IMG/VR virus record: IMGVR_UViG_3300020045_004287
Span: 1-30,362 of that record
Length of the DNA stretch: 30,362 nt
Strand: one strand, 5' to 3'
Source: a virus
Taxonomy: Duplodnaviria; Caudoviricetes
Part shown: positions 1 to 10,078 of the stretch, piece by piece
Numbering within the stretch: the stretch's first letter is position 1
How the letters are laid out: every line of letters starts with the position of its first letter
The notes under the pieces: generated by a model
What the model saw: the letters and a program-made list of their open reading frames with translations, nothing else
Databases searched by the model: none
Told to the model about the DNA's origin: nothing
Program-made: the position numbers and the translations under genes

Positions 1-113
1 TCCTATTCTATTTCCATCAGGACGTACTCCTTGCTCAAACTCCTCAATCTTCTGTTCCTTTAACCTTTTTTCGTCGCTTAGTACGATTTGTTGTACTAGG
101 TTCTTCATTGTCG
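1..113. repeat. Exact inverted copy of 1213-1325 (fold-back arm)
   Basis: 1-113 is the reverse complement of 1213-1325 (position x pairs with 1326-x); identity breaks at 114/1212. Confidence 0.97.
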
Positions 114-168
114 ATTGGTTCAGTAACGGTTGCAATCTCTTCTGATATTCCTTTGCTGATATTCCCAT
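1..168 (-). CDS. 5' part of putative neck/virion morphogenesis gene in native context; runs off the window
   Basis: ATG at 168 gives MGISAKEYQKRLQPLLNQST followed in frame by MKNLVQQIV..., identical to ORF 1218..1604. Confidence 0.75.
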   Translation of the reverse strand, partial: MGISAKEYQKRLQPLLNQSTMKNLVQQIVLSDEKRLKEQKIEEFEQGVRPDGNRIG

Positions 169-349
169 TTTTACCACAATCTAAACATTTACATTCTTTG
201 CTAATTTTAGGATTTTTTACAAACTCATCAATTAATGCTTCATCCTTTTGATTTGTGTATTTTAAAATCCATTCTTTTTTTTGTTCTTTGCATAACTTTA
301 GCCATTGTTCGGCATCAGTTCCAAAAATATGTTTTCCGAATATTTCCAT
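44..349 (-). CDS. Hypothetical phage protein downstream of the tail tube gene (possible assembly chaperone)
   Basis: ORF 44..376; likelier start MEIFGKH at 349, downstream of the terminator-like hairpin; 3' end overlaps the next gene. Confidence 0.6.
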   Translation of the reverse strand: MEIFGKHIFGTDAEQWLKLCKEQKKEWILKYTNQKDEALIDEFVKNPKISKECKCLDCGKNGNISKGISEEIATVTEPIDNEEPSTTNRTKRRKKVKGTED

Positions 350-365
350 AATATTGCTTTTAACG

Positions 366-398
366 AAAAAATGCAACCAAAATTAATTGATTGCATTT
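366..398 (-). terminator. Intrinsic terminator-like hairpin
   Basis: Minus strand AAATGCAATCAA-ttaatt-TTGGTTGCATTT plus U-run. Confidence 0.65.
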
Positions 399-481
399 CA
401 TCCTTGTGTTGTTTCCATTAAGGTATAAGTTAATTCTATTTACCTGACAATATATAACGAGATAACATCAGCACCTTTATG

Positions 482-489
482 CAAATATA
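482..489 (-). promoter_or_regulatory. Bacteroidota -7 promoter element TATATTTG
   Basis: CAAATATA on +, intergenic, directly after a terminator. Confidence 0.55.
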
Positions 490-492
490 AAT

Positions 493-522
493 AAAAAATC
501 CTTACTATTTCTAATAAGGATT
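493..522 (-). terminator. Terminator after the tail tube gene
   Basis: AATCCTTA (497-504) / TAAGGATT (515-522) inverted repeat with a U-run on the minus strand. Confidence 0.65.
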
Positions 523-546
523 AATTTTTTAAATAATTAGATTTAC

Positions 547-1217
547 CTAAGCTACTGGAGTTATACTTGCAGTCGTTCCTTTATAAAATCTATTACCTAT
601 TTTTGTACAAGCTACACTTTCAGCACTATCATACAATTGAACTACTACACTTTGAGAAGTTGTTAACGTTGTAGTTGGTTCAAATTCCCACTCTTTCGTA
701 GTTGGTTCGTAAATTAAAGATAACGCAGTAATTGTGTCAGGTGTTCCGTCAATAGTACATCTTAAATTAGCGATTGCAATACCGCCTAAATTAGTTGCTT
801 GGTTCATATCAAAAGTAGCTTTAAAATAAACTTTGCCATCTGATACATCAGCACGACCAGTCATAACAATATCTGTAATAGGATTAATATCCGTATTTAC
901 ATTAAAGTCCAATACCGAAGCGTCAAGTAATGCTACATCACGGTTAAATTGCGCCTCATTAATGATTTGGATTTTTGTTGTTACACTTGATGAAACTGAA
1001 CCATCTGTAAACATATAAGTTCCAGTATTCAACATTCCTAAATCAAAACCACTCATTGTAGTTCCGTTAGTCGCTCCAGCGATTGCACCGCTAGAAAATA
1101 CTAATAAAACGTCATACGCTTGGAATGAGTTGTAAGTATGCAAAGCATTTGAAAATTTCCAGCCACCTTTTAGGAATTTAAAAGCGTATTGAGGTAACCC
1201 GTTACGAACAACCGACA
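547..1217 (-). CDS. Major structural protein, probably tail tube; C-terminal part only, 5'-truncated at the fold-back junction
   Basis: 223-aa beta-rich, T/G/S-rich ORF followed by a terminator and upstream of neck/TMP genes in native order; its apparent TTG start lies on the junction. Confidence 0.55.
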
Positions 1218-1325
1218 ATGAAGAACCTAGTACAACAAATCGTACTAAGCGACGAAAAAAGGTTAAAGGAACAGAAGATTGAGGAGTTTGAGCAAGGAGT
1301 ACGTCCTGATGGAAATAGAATAGGA
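1213..1325. repeat. Second arm of the inverted duplication
   Basis: Reverse complement of 1-113. Confidence 0.97.
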
Positions 1326-1604
1326 ACTTATCGAGACCCTGAATACAAACAAATCAAATTAATGTTAAACCCTAAAGCGGATGGATATGTCGATTTATTA
1401 TACACTTATCGAACTGCTCGAAGTTTATTTTTAAGACCATATAACAAAGGTTTTCTATTCAATTGGAATGATGAACATAATTTAGTAGGTCGTTACGGAT
1501 TGGATATTTTAGGAATAAATCAAGATTGGTTTAACAAACGTCAAGAAGATATTTACAGGATAGCATTAGTTTACTCAATTAAAAAAGATTATAAAATAGG
1601 ATAG
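1218..1604 (+). CDS. Putative neck/virion morphogenesis protein; this copy lacks about 20 N-terminal codons
   Basis: Basic 128-aa ORF in the tail operon; the native N-terminus is visible at 168-109 (-). Confidence 0.55.
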   Translation: MKNLVQQIVLSDEKRLKEQKIEEFEQGVRPDGNRIGTYRDPEYKQIKLMLNPKADGYVDLLYTYRTARSLFLRPYNKGFLFNWNDEHNLVGRYGLDILGINQDWFNKRQEDIYRIALVYSIKKDYKIG

Positions 1605-1606
1605 TT

Positions 1607-1837
1607 ATGGAAGCATTAGATAAATTAAAACCAAAAGAACAAAGAGAGCTATTAAATTTAATTGATTTAAAAGTTCAAAATGAATTATTGTTTCAATATA
1701 TAATAGACAACAAACTACCGTTTTGTTTACCTAATCTAGAAAAAAAACCGTTTGAAATAACAAATGTGGTTAGTAATACATTAGTTACTCTTATTGAAAT
1801 GATTAAAAGCGGGGATTTAATAAAGAAAGATGCCTAA
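1607..1837 (+). CDS. Hypothetical protein
   Basis: 76-aa ORF tightly packed between neighbours. Confidence 0.7.
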   Translation: MEALDKLKPKEQRELLNLIDLKVQNELLFQYIIDNKLPFCLPNLEKKPFEITNVVSNTLVTLIEMIKSGDLIKKDA

Positions 1838-2447
1838 ATACAATAACATATCAAACATTCCAGCAAAAGTTTTCTTTGAAATACTAGTATTAAAGGATTT
1901 TAATTTACTTATACCTACTTTTTTAGAAAAGCTTAAAATTAAGTTTTTTAAATATAGATTAGACAAAGTTTTCGTTACTATTTACGACGAGTTTTTTTTA
2001 CAATCAGAAAACGAACAGGCGAATAGGTATTTAGAATTGACAAAGAATATAGCTTTTTTAGAGTATAAAATAGCAAGTATTAAGCAATGTTTACATTTAA
2101 TGTACTTTTCAACTACTACTAGACAAATGCGATTAGATTTAATTGAAGCGTTAAAAGTTGGTTGCGATATTGAAATTAATGCCGATGCAGATTTTAAAGA
2201 TGAAGTTAATCGAATATTAACAGAAAACATTGGTTGGCTAGAGAATGATTTAAGTTTTGACAGAATAGAATTAAAAGAAATGATGTCGCAAAGCAACGGC
2301 AAAGAAATTAATTACATTCAAAGATTAGTTGATTTAGCGGTTGCAAGCCCTCAAAACTTAACGATTAATCAAGAAATGACGCTTTTAGAGTTCGTAGAAA
2401 CCGAAAAAGCTATAATAATATACAATAACAGTAAAAAGAATAAGTAA
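1830..2447 (+). CDS. Putative tail assembly chaperone
   Basis: 205-aa helical ORF coupled by TAATG to the tape measure gene; function inferred from position. Confidence 0.5.
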   Translation: MPKYNNISNIPAKVFFEILVLKDFNLLIPTFLEKLKIKFFKYRLDKVFVTIYDEFFLQSENEQANRYLELTKNIAFLEYKIASIKQCLHLMYFSTTTRQMRLDLIEALKVGCDIEINADADFKDEVNRILTENIGWLENDLSFDRIELKEMMSQSNGKEINYIQRLVDLAVASPQNLTINQEMTLLEFVETEKAIIIYNNSKKNK

Positions 2448-4993
2448 TGGATGGTTTTATCGAAATACTAAGCCCAAGTGCTTTAAAAGACCTAACAACC
2501 GCAAATAATGAAGTTGTAAAACTGATTAGTAATATTAACTCAGCTGGTCAGGCTATGCAGTCTATTAAAACCCCTAGCGGTTCGGATAGTGCGGTTAAAA
2601 ATCTCTCAAACAACTTAATCGCTCAAGAAAAAAATATACAAAAAGTTCAACAAGCTTTAGAAAAAGCAAGGATTGAAGAAATTAAATTACAACAAGCAAG
2701 AGAAAAAGCCTTTGATAAATACGATGCACAATTAGCAAAAGAACAAGCTAAACTGAATGCAAGTTTAGGTGTTTATTCAAAAGTTCAACAAAAACTAAAT
2801 ACATTAAATAATGAATATAGAAATTTAGCCGTAAAAAAAGAATTAAGCGGTAAATTGACTGATGCCGAAGCAAAAAGATACGATTATTTATCTTCAAGAA
2901 TTACAAAATATGATACTACACTAAAAGCCGTTGACGCTTCAATGGGTAAATATCAAAGAAACGTTGGTAATTATGCGGGTGCTTTTAATCCGCTTTCAAA
3001 CTCTATAAATCAACTTAGCCGAGAAATGCCAGCGTTTGCAAATAGTGTTCAAACTGGTTTTATGGCTATTTCTAACAACTTACCTATTTTCTTTGATGCG
3101 ATGGGTCAGGCTATTGCGCAACAAAAAGAACTACAAGCACAAGGTAAACCAAGTCAAAACGCTTTACAATTATTAGCTGGCAGTTTCTTTACTCTAGGGA
3201 CTGTTTTAAGTGTTGGCGTTACTTTATTAACTTTTTATGGTAAAGATATTGTTGAATGGGCTAGTAATGTAATAAAAGGAAGTAAATCAATTGATACTTT
3301 AAAAGAAAGTCAAAAGCAATTAAACGAAGTTAGCCAACAAGGTGCAAAAAATGCAGTTGAAGAAACAACGAAATTAAAATCATTATTAGAAATTGCAAAA
3401 GATACAAGTTTAAGTTATAAAGAAAGAGTAATTGCAGTAAATGAATTACAATCAACTTATCCCGCTTATTTTGGTAATTTAAAAGAAGAGCAAATTTTGG
3501 CGGGGCAAACCGCTGAAGCCGAAAGACAGTTAACTGATGCAATTTTATCAAGAGCAAAAGCAAACGCAGCTATTGAAAAAATAACCGAAAATCAATCAGC
3601 AATTATTGATTTAGAACTGGAACGTTTACAAATTATAAAAGAATTAGATAACGCTCAACAAAATTATAATAATAGATTAAAGATTTACGAAGAAACAAAA
3701 GACCCATCAGTCAATACTGCATTAGCGCAATCAGAAAGAACTTTAATATCTTCTAAAAAAGATTTGGCAAATATTGATAGGGAATTAGCGGACTTAAATA
3801 AAATAAATACTACTTTAACAAACTTTGCTATTGAAAAAGAAAAAGAAAGTATATTATTAAAATACAAAAGTAAAGACGCAACTAAATCGAATGCAGAGGC
3901 TAAAAGAGAAGATGTTGAAGCTATAAAAATGCAAACTGAAAGCACTAATACATTTTTGCAAAAATTAATATCTTTACGTGATGCTTTCGCAAAACAAAGA
4001 GATACAATGACTGAGGGTAGGGAGCAATGGCAAGAATTAAATAAGGTAGTCGCTGGTTATCAAAATTTAATCGACGCTATAAAAGAAACTGGAGACCCAT
4101 TAAAAGATAGCGCTTTAAAATCAACTGATGAATTTTTAAAACGTTACAAAAAAAATACAAAAGAAACACTTGATGAAACAAAATCTTATTGGAAAGAACA
4201 CGGAAGAGAAATAATCGATTTATCACAAGATTTAATCAATACTTTAGCTGAAATATCAAATCAAAGATTTGAAAATCAATTATCGGATTTAGAAAAAGAA
4301 AAAAACACTGCTATTTTGTTTGCTGGGGAAAGTGTTACGGCACGTGAAGAAATTGAAAGACAAGCTGAAATAAGGAAAAAAGCAATATTAGACAGACAAG
4401 CAAGTGCGCAAAAAAAACTTGCAATGTTTAACATTATTACCGATACTGCGCAAGCCGTTGTTGCTTCGTTAATTCGTGACCCAAGCGGAACTTTAGCTAT
4501 TATAATCGGTGCTATTGGTGCAGCTAATTTAGCGTTGGTTGCAAGTCAACAAGTACCACAATTTGCTGATGGTGGTGTTCACGAGGGCGGTTTAATGATG
4601 GTTAACGACCAAAAAGGTAGTAAATACAAAGAAATCATTGAAACTCCCGACGGTAAAAAACGTATTTTTAACGAAAGAAATAAAGTATTAAATGCGCCAA
4701 AAGGAACTAAGATTTACAACGCTACCGAAACCGAAAGCATACTATTCAACAACGAACTAAACGGAATTTTAACAAATAACGGAATTTCAAACGCTCCGAC
4801 TGTAATTGTTGACGGTGGGTTGAGTAAAGAGGATTTTAACAATGGAATCAGTAAACTTGCTAAGACCATTAATGAAAAAGAAACGTTTTCTTTTGTGGAG
4901 GATAAAAGAGGCAGAAAAATATACAAAGAGAAACAAAGAAAAAGAACCGAACTACTTAACGTAATTTTAAAAGCTGGTCGTTATGACGTTTAA
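2447..4993 (+). CDS. Tail tape measure protein (module A)
   Basis: 848 aa, coiled-coil and A/Q/K-rich with hydrophobic segments; TMP-like NSINQLSRE..GFMAISNNLP and PQFADGG motifs. Confidence 0.88.
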   Translation: MDGFIEILSPSALKDLTTANNEVVKLISNINSAGQAMQSIKTPSGSDSAVKNLSNNLIAQEKNIQKVQQALEKARIEEIKLQQAREKAFDKYDAQLAKEQAKLNASLGVYSKVQQKLNTLNNEYRNLAVKKELSGKLTDAEAKRYDYLSSRITKYDTTLKAVDASMGKYQRNVGNYAGAFNPLSNSINQLSREMPAFANSVQTGFMAISNNLPIFFDAMGQAIAQQKELQAQGKPSQNALQLLAGSFFTLGTVLSVGVTLLTFYGKDIVEWASNVIKGSKSIDTLKESQKQLNEVSQQGAKNAVEETTKLKSLLEIAKDTSLSYKERVIAVNELQSTYPAYFGNLKEEQILAGQTAEAERQLTDAILSRAKANAAIEKITENQSAIIDLELERLQIIKELDNAQQNYNNRLKIYEETKDPSVNTALAQSERTLISSKKDLANIDRELADLNKINTTLTNFAIEKEKESILLKYKSKDATKSNAEAKREDVEAIKMQTESTNTFLQKLISLRDAFAKQRDTMTEGREQWQELNKVVAGYQNLIDAIKETGDPLKDSALKSTDEFLKRYKKNTKETLDETKSYWKEHGREIIDLSQDLINTLAEISNQRFENQLSDLEKEKNTAILFAGESVTAREEIERQAEIRKKAILDRQASAQKKLAMFNIITDTAQAVVASLIRDPSGTLAIIIGAIGAANLALVASQQVPQFADGGVHEGGLMMVNDQKGSKYKEIIETPDGKKRIFNERNKVLNAPKGTKIYNATETESILFNNELNGILTNNGISNAPTVIVDGGLSKEDFNNGISKLAKTINEKETFSFVEDKRGRKIYKEKQRKRTELLNVILKAGRYDV

Positions 4994-7637
4994 ACATTAT
5001 CTTAATTTTTTATCGTTACCTACAGTTGGTAAAATACGTATTTCTGAACCTTTCGGGTTTGATGGAAGTAGTTTTAAAATAAAACAAGACGATAAGCGTT
5101 TTGGACGTGACGTTTATATTGCCGATGAAGAAATAGAATTGGAGTTTACACGTGAAGAGTTTGAGAGATTAAACGAACCACAAAGACAATTAAACGGTCA
5201 AGTAATAAATCACGCTTCTTTAGGCTTTGACTACTTACTTGACGTGTTCCAAAATGAGGGTTGGGAGGGAAAAGTAGAGCATATTATCGAGGACGAGAAT
5301 AATATTGAGTTTATACGTGGTAATTTCGATATGTTCACGGCTATTGTTAGCTTTGATAGTATTAAATTTAAAATCGTTCAAGACACCAATCGAGAATTAA
5401 TCAAACGTTTAGAAGATACTGAAATTAATGCTTTTTCAGATGTGGCTATTGACGAAAGAGAAATCGAACCTTGTCAAACCGTTGATGTATTGTTGAAAGC
5501 GTTACCGATTAGTGATTTTAGCGAATGGCAAATGAATACGCAAACGGTTTTTAACTCTTTGAATTTAGAGCGATTTAATCCATTTATGAATTTAATTACT
5601 TTCGTAGTTCAAAATAGTTTAGTTCCTTTTGACAATAGGATTGACACTAATTTTGAGGATGCCGTTAATAATTTTACCTATGTAAAAGCAATTAATCAAT
5701 TAAGTAATGGAAAAATAAGTTTTGATATTACCGCTACAATTAGATACAGACCAAACGGAAGCGGTTCGACTATATCAACTTTTGAGTTAAACTGCTTTAG
5801 ATTTTTTGCACCGTATAATACAGGCGATACTTTGGATATTATTCCAGTTTACGAAAAAGTATTTAGCGGTGGAACTAATCAAGATTTTACAATCAATGAG
5901 TTAATCGAGATAGATTTACCCGATTTGCAAATAGGACAAAGTTTAGCATTCTTTTGGACTGAAGCAACCGCTTCTAGTGTTGTTATTAGCGATATGGGAA
6001 TGACTTTTAATAAATACAATGTAAATCTTAACTATACTTCAACTGCCATTAACACCGTTGTTAAAATGGTTCGTTTAATCGATTTGGTTAAGCATAACGT
6101 AAAATCATTAGCGGATATTCCAGTTATTGCACCCGCTTTTGATGTTGGTGGCGAGCATTACGACACTTTTGTTGCAAATGGTTATTTGTTAGGACAAATT
6201 ACTGATAAACCGTTTAATAACAAATTATCAGAACTGATTAATTTCGTTCAAGAAACTTGTAGCGATTACCAAATTAATCCTGATAGTTTTGAAATATTAG
6301 CGTATAATGATTATTATACTAATATTGACTTGGGTAGTTTTTACGAATTACCAAATAGCAATCAAACAACAATATTCAATAAACGTTACGCTTTAACCAA
6401 TGCCGAGTTTAAATATAAAAAATCTTCTAGTGAAAGAGAAACCAACGGAGCGAACTCGATTGATGATGTACATACAGAAACGCAAAAGTTTATTAGCGAT
6501 GCGGTAAATGGAAGTTTAAAAGTAGAAATAAATCATATTCGAAGCGCACCGTTAATCGAACAACAAAGACGTAGAGTTTTTGACAACGAGCAAACTACAT
6601 CTTTACAAAATGACGATAGTAGATTTTTTATAGACTGCACAAGATTAGCGCCAAACACTAGAAATAGCATTCCTTCTGTTTTTGCTATGCAAGTTCAAGA
6701 TGATGGAACGCTAAAAATATTGAATAACAATTTAGCGGGCGATTTGACTAATTTCAATTGGACATTATTAGGCTTTAAAGTTGGTGCATCATTTACAATC
6801 GATGGAGAAGAAAACGCTGGAACTTACACGGTTTTATCAGTTGATACGTCCGTTGTTACATTAACACCAGTTATGGCAACACCCGATTTTTCGGGGGATG
6901 CTTTTATTACTGTTAGTTGGATTTTAAATAATGTGCTTTACACAAATAGAACAACAGAGGGATTTGAAACCATTACGGGAATTGACGCATTAACAGGATA
7001 TAGCAATTTAATGTATAGCTGGGGGCGAAATATTAAAAGATGGTATCCATACTTAGCAACCGCAACCAATTTTAAAAGGGATGGTAAAATCAAAACTACA
7101 TCATTTAAGATTAACGGTAAATTAGAAACAAAACTATTTACTGAAAGTGAAGTAGTGAGTGATAGTGCGGATATTTTAAATGCGGATATTTCAGATTTAA
7201 AAGTATTGACACCGTTTGTACATAGCGTTTCAGTGTTCGCTGATTTTAATACTATTTTGCAATTGGTTCAGGATGTACAGAATTTAAAAGGTTTTGTTAG
7301 GGTAAAGTTAATCGATGGTAGAATGATAAAAGGACATATTAAAGAACTTGATTATGTTTGGTCAACTGGCGAATTGGACTTGGAAATTGAAGAACGTTTT
7401 GAGGGTGATTATATGACAATTGTAAAAGATGGCGATACTATTTTTGTTAATGAAGTTGGATATGATGAAAAAATAGGTTTAAATAAGTTTATTATTAATG
7501 ATATTTATGTACTTTTGTTCGACAACAATAATATCGAAATTACTAAACCGATACGATTTACAAATATTTCTATTAACGGAATTGTTTATGAGGATTTAGT
7601 AGAGTTTAGCGATGCGATGTTTAATATATTAACGTAG
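4983..7637 (+). CDS. Large tail-tip/baseplate structural protein
   Basis: 884-aa beta-rich ORF immediately after the TMP gene. Confidence 0.65.
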   Translation: MTFKHYLNFLSLPTVGKIRISEPFGFDGSSFKIKQDDKRFGRDVYIADEEIELEFTREEFERLNEPQRQLNGQVINHASLGFDYLLDVFQNEGWEGKVEHIIEDENNIEFIRGNFDMFTAIVSFDSIKFKIVQDTNRELIKRLEDTEINAFSDVAIDEREIEPCQTVDVLLKALPISDFSEWQMNTQTVFNSLNLERFNPFMNLITFVVQNSLVPFDNRIDTNFEDAVNNFTYVKAINQLSNGKISFDITATIRYRPNGSGSTISTFELNCFRFFAPYNTGDTLDIIPVYEKVFSGGTNQDFTINELIEIDLPDLQIGQSLAFFWTEATASSVVISDMGMTFNKYNVNLNYTSTAINTVVKMVRLIDLVKHNVKSLADIPVIAPAFDVGGEHYDTFVANGYLLGQITDKPFNNKLSELINFVQETCSDYQINPDSFEILAYNDYYTNIDLGSFYELPNSNQTTIFNKRYALTNAEFKYKKSSSERETNGANSIDDVHTETQKFISDAVNGSLKVEINHIRSAPLIEQQRRRVFDNEQTTSLQNDDSRFFIDCTRLAPNTRNSIPSVFAMQVQDDGTLKILNNNLAGDLTNFNWTLLGFKVGASFTIDGEENAGTYTVLSVDTSVVTLTPVMATPDFSGDAFITVSWILNNVLYTNRTTEGFETITGIDALTGYSNLMYSWGRNIKRWYPYLATATNFKRDGKIKTTSFKINGKLETKLFTESEVVSDSADILNADISDLKVLTPFVHSVSVFADFNTILQLVQDVQNLKGFVRVKLIDGRMIKGHIKELDYVWSTGELDLEIEERFEGDYMTIVKDGDTIFVNEVGYDEKIGLNKFIINDIYVLLFDNNNIEITKPIRFTNISINGIVYEDLVEFSDAMFNILT

Positions 7638-7652
7638 TGATTACGTCGATTA

Positions 7653-8810
7653 ATGGAAGATTATAGTTTTATTAGGCTTGAGCCAACCTTATCGCTTGCG
7701 AGATATACTCGCAACTCTCCCGTTGCTACTATACTCAACAACTGGTTCATACGTCTTGAAACGGATAAAACTTACTTTCAAATATCTAATACTAAAAACG
7801 GTATTGCTTTCGATGGTAATTATACTGTTTTTGTTGTTGATTGTTCGGGTAATGATTTACTGGATATTACAGAAAAAGTAGCAATAGAGGAAAAACTTGA
7901 TAATCGAGGTTTACCACAAATCGGTTTTGAAATTACTAATATTGGCGTTGACTTCTATATGCAAGAAGTATCGTTAAGGTTTAGACACTCAGCGGTTTTA
8001 TCAAACGTTTTTTACTCCAATCCGATTTTAATTACGAATTACCAAAAGCAGTTCAATACTTTCTTTGAATATCGTAGTTATAAGGACTTTTACGGAACTG
8101 CTTATAACAAATTCAATAAATATCAAGCTATTTCACTAAATTGTTATTATGACAGACCAGACGAAGATGAAAGCAGTAGAGAGTACACAGATACTGACGG
8201 TGTTAGAAAAACATCAAACGTAATTTCAACTGATTTAGAGATTTATATATTTGAGAAAGGTATTGATAACTTTACATATAAAAGATTAAACAAATTACTC
8301 ACTAATTCTGTTATTTATGTGAATGGAAACCGAATGACTAATAAAGTAATCAATAAATCAAATGAACGCATAGGCGACACAAATAGATTTACACAAGAGT
8401 TTGAAATAGCGGTTAATTATAATGAAACAAAAGAATATGAATATCAATTGTTTTCTCCTATTGAATTGACTAGCAAAGAACCACTAGGCACAATATCAAC
8501 AACACCTACTGAAATAGTGGGTACATTTAACCAAACAATAACTAAAAATACTGGGAATATTTATCTTTACAAAGATGCGGTTTTATTTGCTACTTTTACA
8601 CAAGATGATATTGACGTTGTTGGTTCGGTGTTTACTATTGACATTTCAGCATTAACAATCGACGAAGCGGATTATTATATTTTAATATATAGCGGTTTAT
8701 TTAGTAGTGAATTTGGGGTTTATGGTGGAATTAGTAATAGTACCGATTGGGCTTTTGAACTGGTAGGTGCTGAATTTAATAGCGATTTTGATAACGACTT
8801 TTTAATATAA
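7653..8810 (+). CDS. Tail structural protein with C-terminal Ig-like (SbsA/Big_5-like) domain
   Basis: C-terminus P..T.STTPTEIVGTFNQTITKNTGNIYLY...YYILI..G.F....GISNSTDWAF resembles Big_5. Confidence 0.6.
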   Translation: MEDYSFIRLEPTLSLARYTRNSPVATILNNWFIRLETDKTYFQISNTKNGIAFDGNYTVFVVDCSGNDLLDITEKVAIEEKLDNRGLPQIGFEITNIGVDFYMQEVSLRFRHSAVLSNVFYSNPILITNYQKQFNTFFEYRSYKDFYGTAYNKFNKYQAISLNCYYDRPDEDESSREYTDTDGVRKTSNVISTDLEIYIFEKGIDNFTYKRLNKLLTNSVIYVNGNRMTNKVINKSNERIGDTNRFTQEFEIAVNYNETKEYEYQLFSPIELTSKEPLGTISTTPTEIVGTFNQTITKNTGNIYLYKDAVLFATFTQDDIDVVGSVFTIDISALTIDEADYYILIYSGLFSSEFGVYGGISNSTDWAFELVGAEFNSDFDNDFLI

Positions 8811-8816
8811 AACAAT

Positions 8817-9254
8817 ATGACAAAAACAGAATTAACAAGCGAAATAGGTTCGGCAATAGCGATAGTTATTAGTCGAGTAAAATTATTGCTTGGACTTAGT
8901 AAGGTAGTTGATGTACTTTACCCAGTAGCGGTTACAGATAGCAATACAACAGAAACATATACAACAAAAGAGGGTTCTGCAATAACATATACTATTACTT
9001 TAATTAAGCACGGTAATTCTGGGCATATGAAAGTTTCAGTTTCTAATTTAACGGGAACTATATCCCTTGCAAACGGAGATATTTTTGATTGGAAAGATAC
9101 TGAATACAAACCAATAACTGGAACTTCTTTAACTTTTAAAGACTCAACAAATACGGTTGAATTTATTTTAAGAGCAAATAATTTTGGCTACGTTGGAGTA
9201 ATTCCACCTGGCACATTTCAAGCAGATTATAAATTTTACATAGCACAAGATTAA
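8817..9254 (+). CDS. Putative minor tail protein
   Basis: 145-aa T-rich ORF in the tail operon. Confidence 0.55.
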   Translation: MTKTELTSEIGSAIAIVISRVKLLLGLSKVVDVLYPVAVTDSNTTETYTTKEGSAITYTITLIKHGNSGHMKVSVSNLTGTISLANGDIFDWKDTEYKPITGTSLTFKDSTNTVEFILRANNFGYVGVIPPGTFQADYKFYIAQD

Positions 9255-9256
9255 TT

Positions 9257-10078
9257 ATGGCAACAACAGTAAACGCAGTGCAACAAAGTGGTTTTGCAAA
9301 TCGATATAGCGAAAACGTATTAAATTATAATTTAGCGTTTCAATCTCCGTTTAATGCTGAGATAGTAAGCGGTTCAGGCGTTACTAATGTATCGCAAGAT
9401 TTTGTTTACGCTTTGAACAAATCATTTTATGTTAGGGCATTAACAAACGATTTATTATTAATTCAAGCACCATCGGACGAATGGACTACTCCAATAAGTA
9501 GCTACAGATTAACAAACAATGCTATTTTTCAATTCTCTTGCTATAATGCAAACCCTGAAAGAACAACAGGCAGATTTAGACTTTTTGAAGAGGGTTTTGA
9601 AACCTATGTAGTAGAGTTTGATTTAGAGCCTTCAGGACAAGGTTGGATTACTTACTTTCAAAACATCGTTGTTAGCGGCGGTAATTTAAGTATTCAAATA
9701 GAGTTTGACCCAATGGAAGATGAAAACCTAGTTGAATTATATTTTGGTGGAATTAAATTAGAATACGACCAAGAGCAAATTTACACACCAACGCCATACA
9801 CGCCACCAACACCGATTTTAATAAACGAAACAGTAACAATTGATATTCCTTCAATAGCGAGTAATTCAAGCGAAATAGTGACGGCAACAGTAACAGGTGC
9901 AAAAGTGGGTATGTTTGTAAATATGACAAGTCCACAAGCGATAACGATAACCGATGAGTTAGTTATTAGTATTCCAGTAGTAAGCGCAACAAATACCGTT
10001 TCATTTATAGTACACAATCATTCAGGAGGTTCGATTAATCCAGCATCAGGCGATTTTAAATTTAGAGTCTATGAGTAA
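9257..10078 (+). CDS. Putative tail protein, possibly carbohydrate-binding beta-sandwich
   Basis: 273 aa; two beta-rich domains joined by a PTPYTPPTP linker. Confidence 0.55.
   Translation: MATTVNAVQQSGFANRYSENVLNYNLAFQSPFNAEIVSGSGVTNVSQDFVYALNKSFYVRALTNDLLLIQAPSDEWTTPISSYRLTNNAIFQFSCYNANPERTTGRFRLFEEGFETYVVEFDLEPSGQGWITYFQNIVVSGGNLSIQIEFDPMEDENLVELYFGGIKLEYDQEQIYTPTPYTPPTPILINETVTIDIPSIASNSSEIVTATVTGAKVGMFVNMTSPQAITITDELVISIPVVSATNTVSFIVHNHSGGSINPASGDFKFRVYE

Noticed and set aside
400-478. Hammerhead ribozyme (CTGATG...GAAAC on the minus strand)
   Set aside because: The core is CTGATGT rather than CUGANGA, and the stems do not form the required three-way junction.
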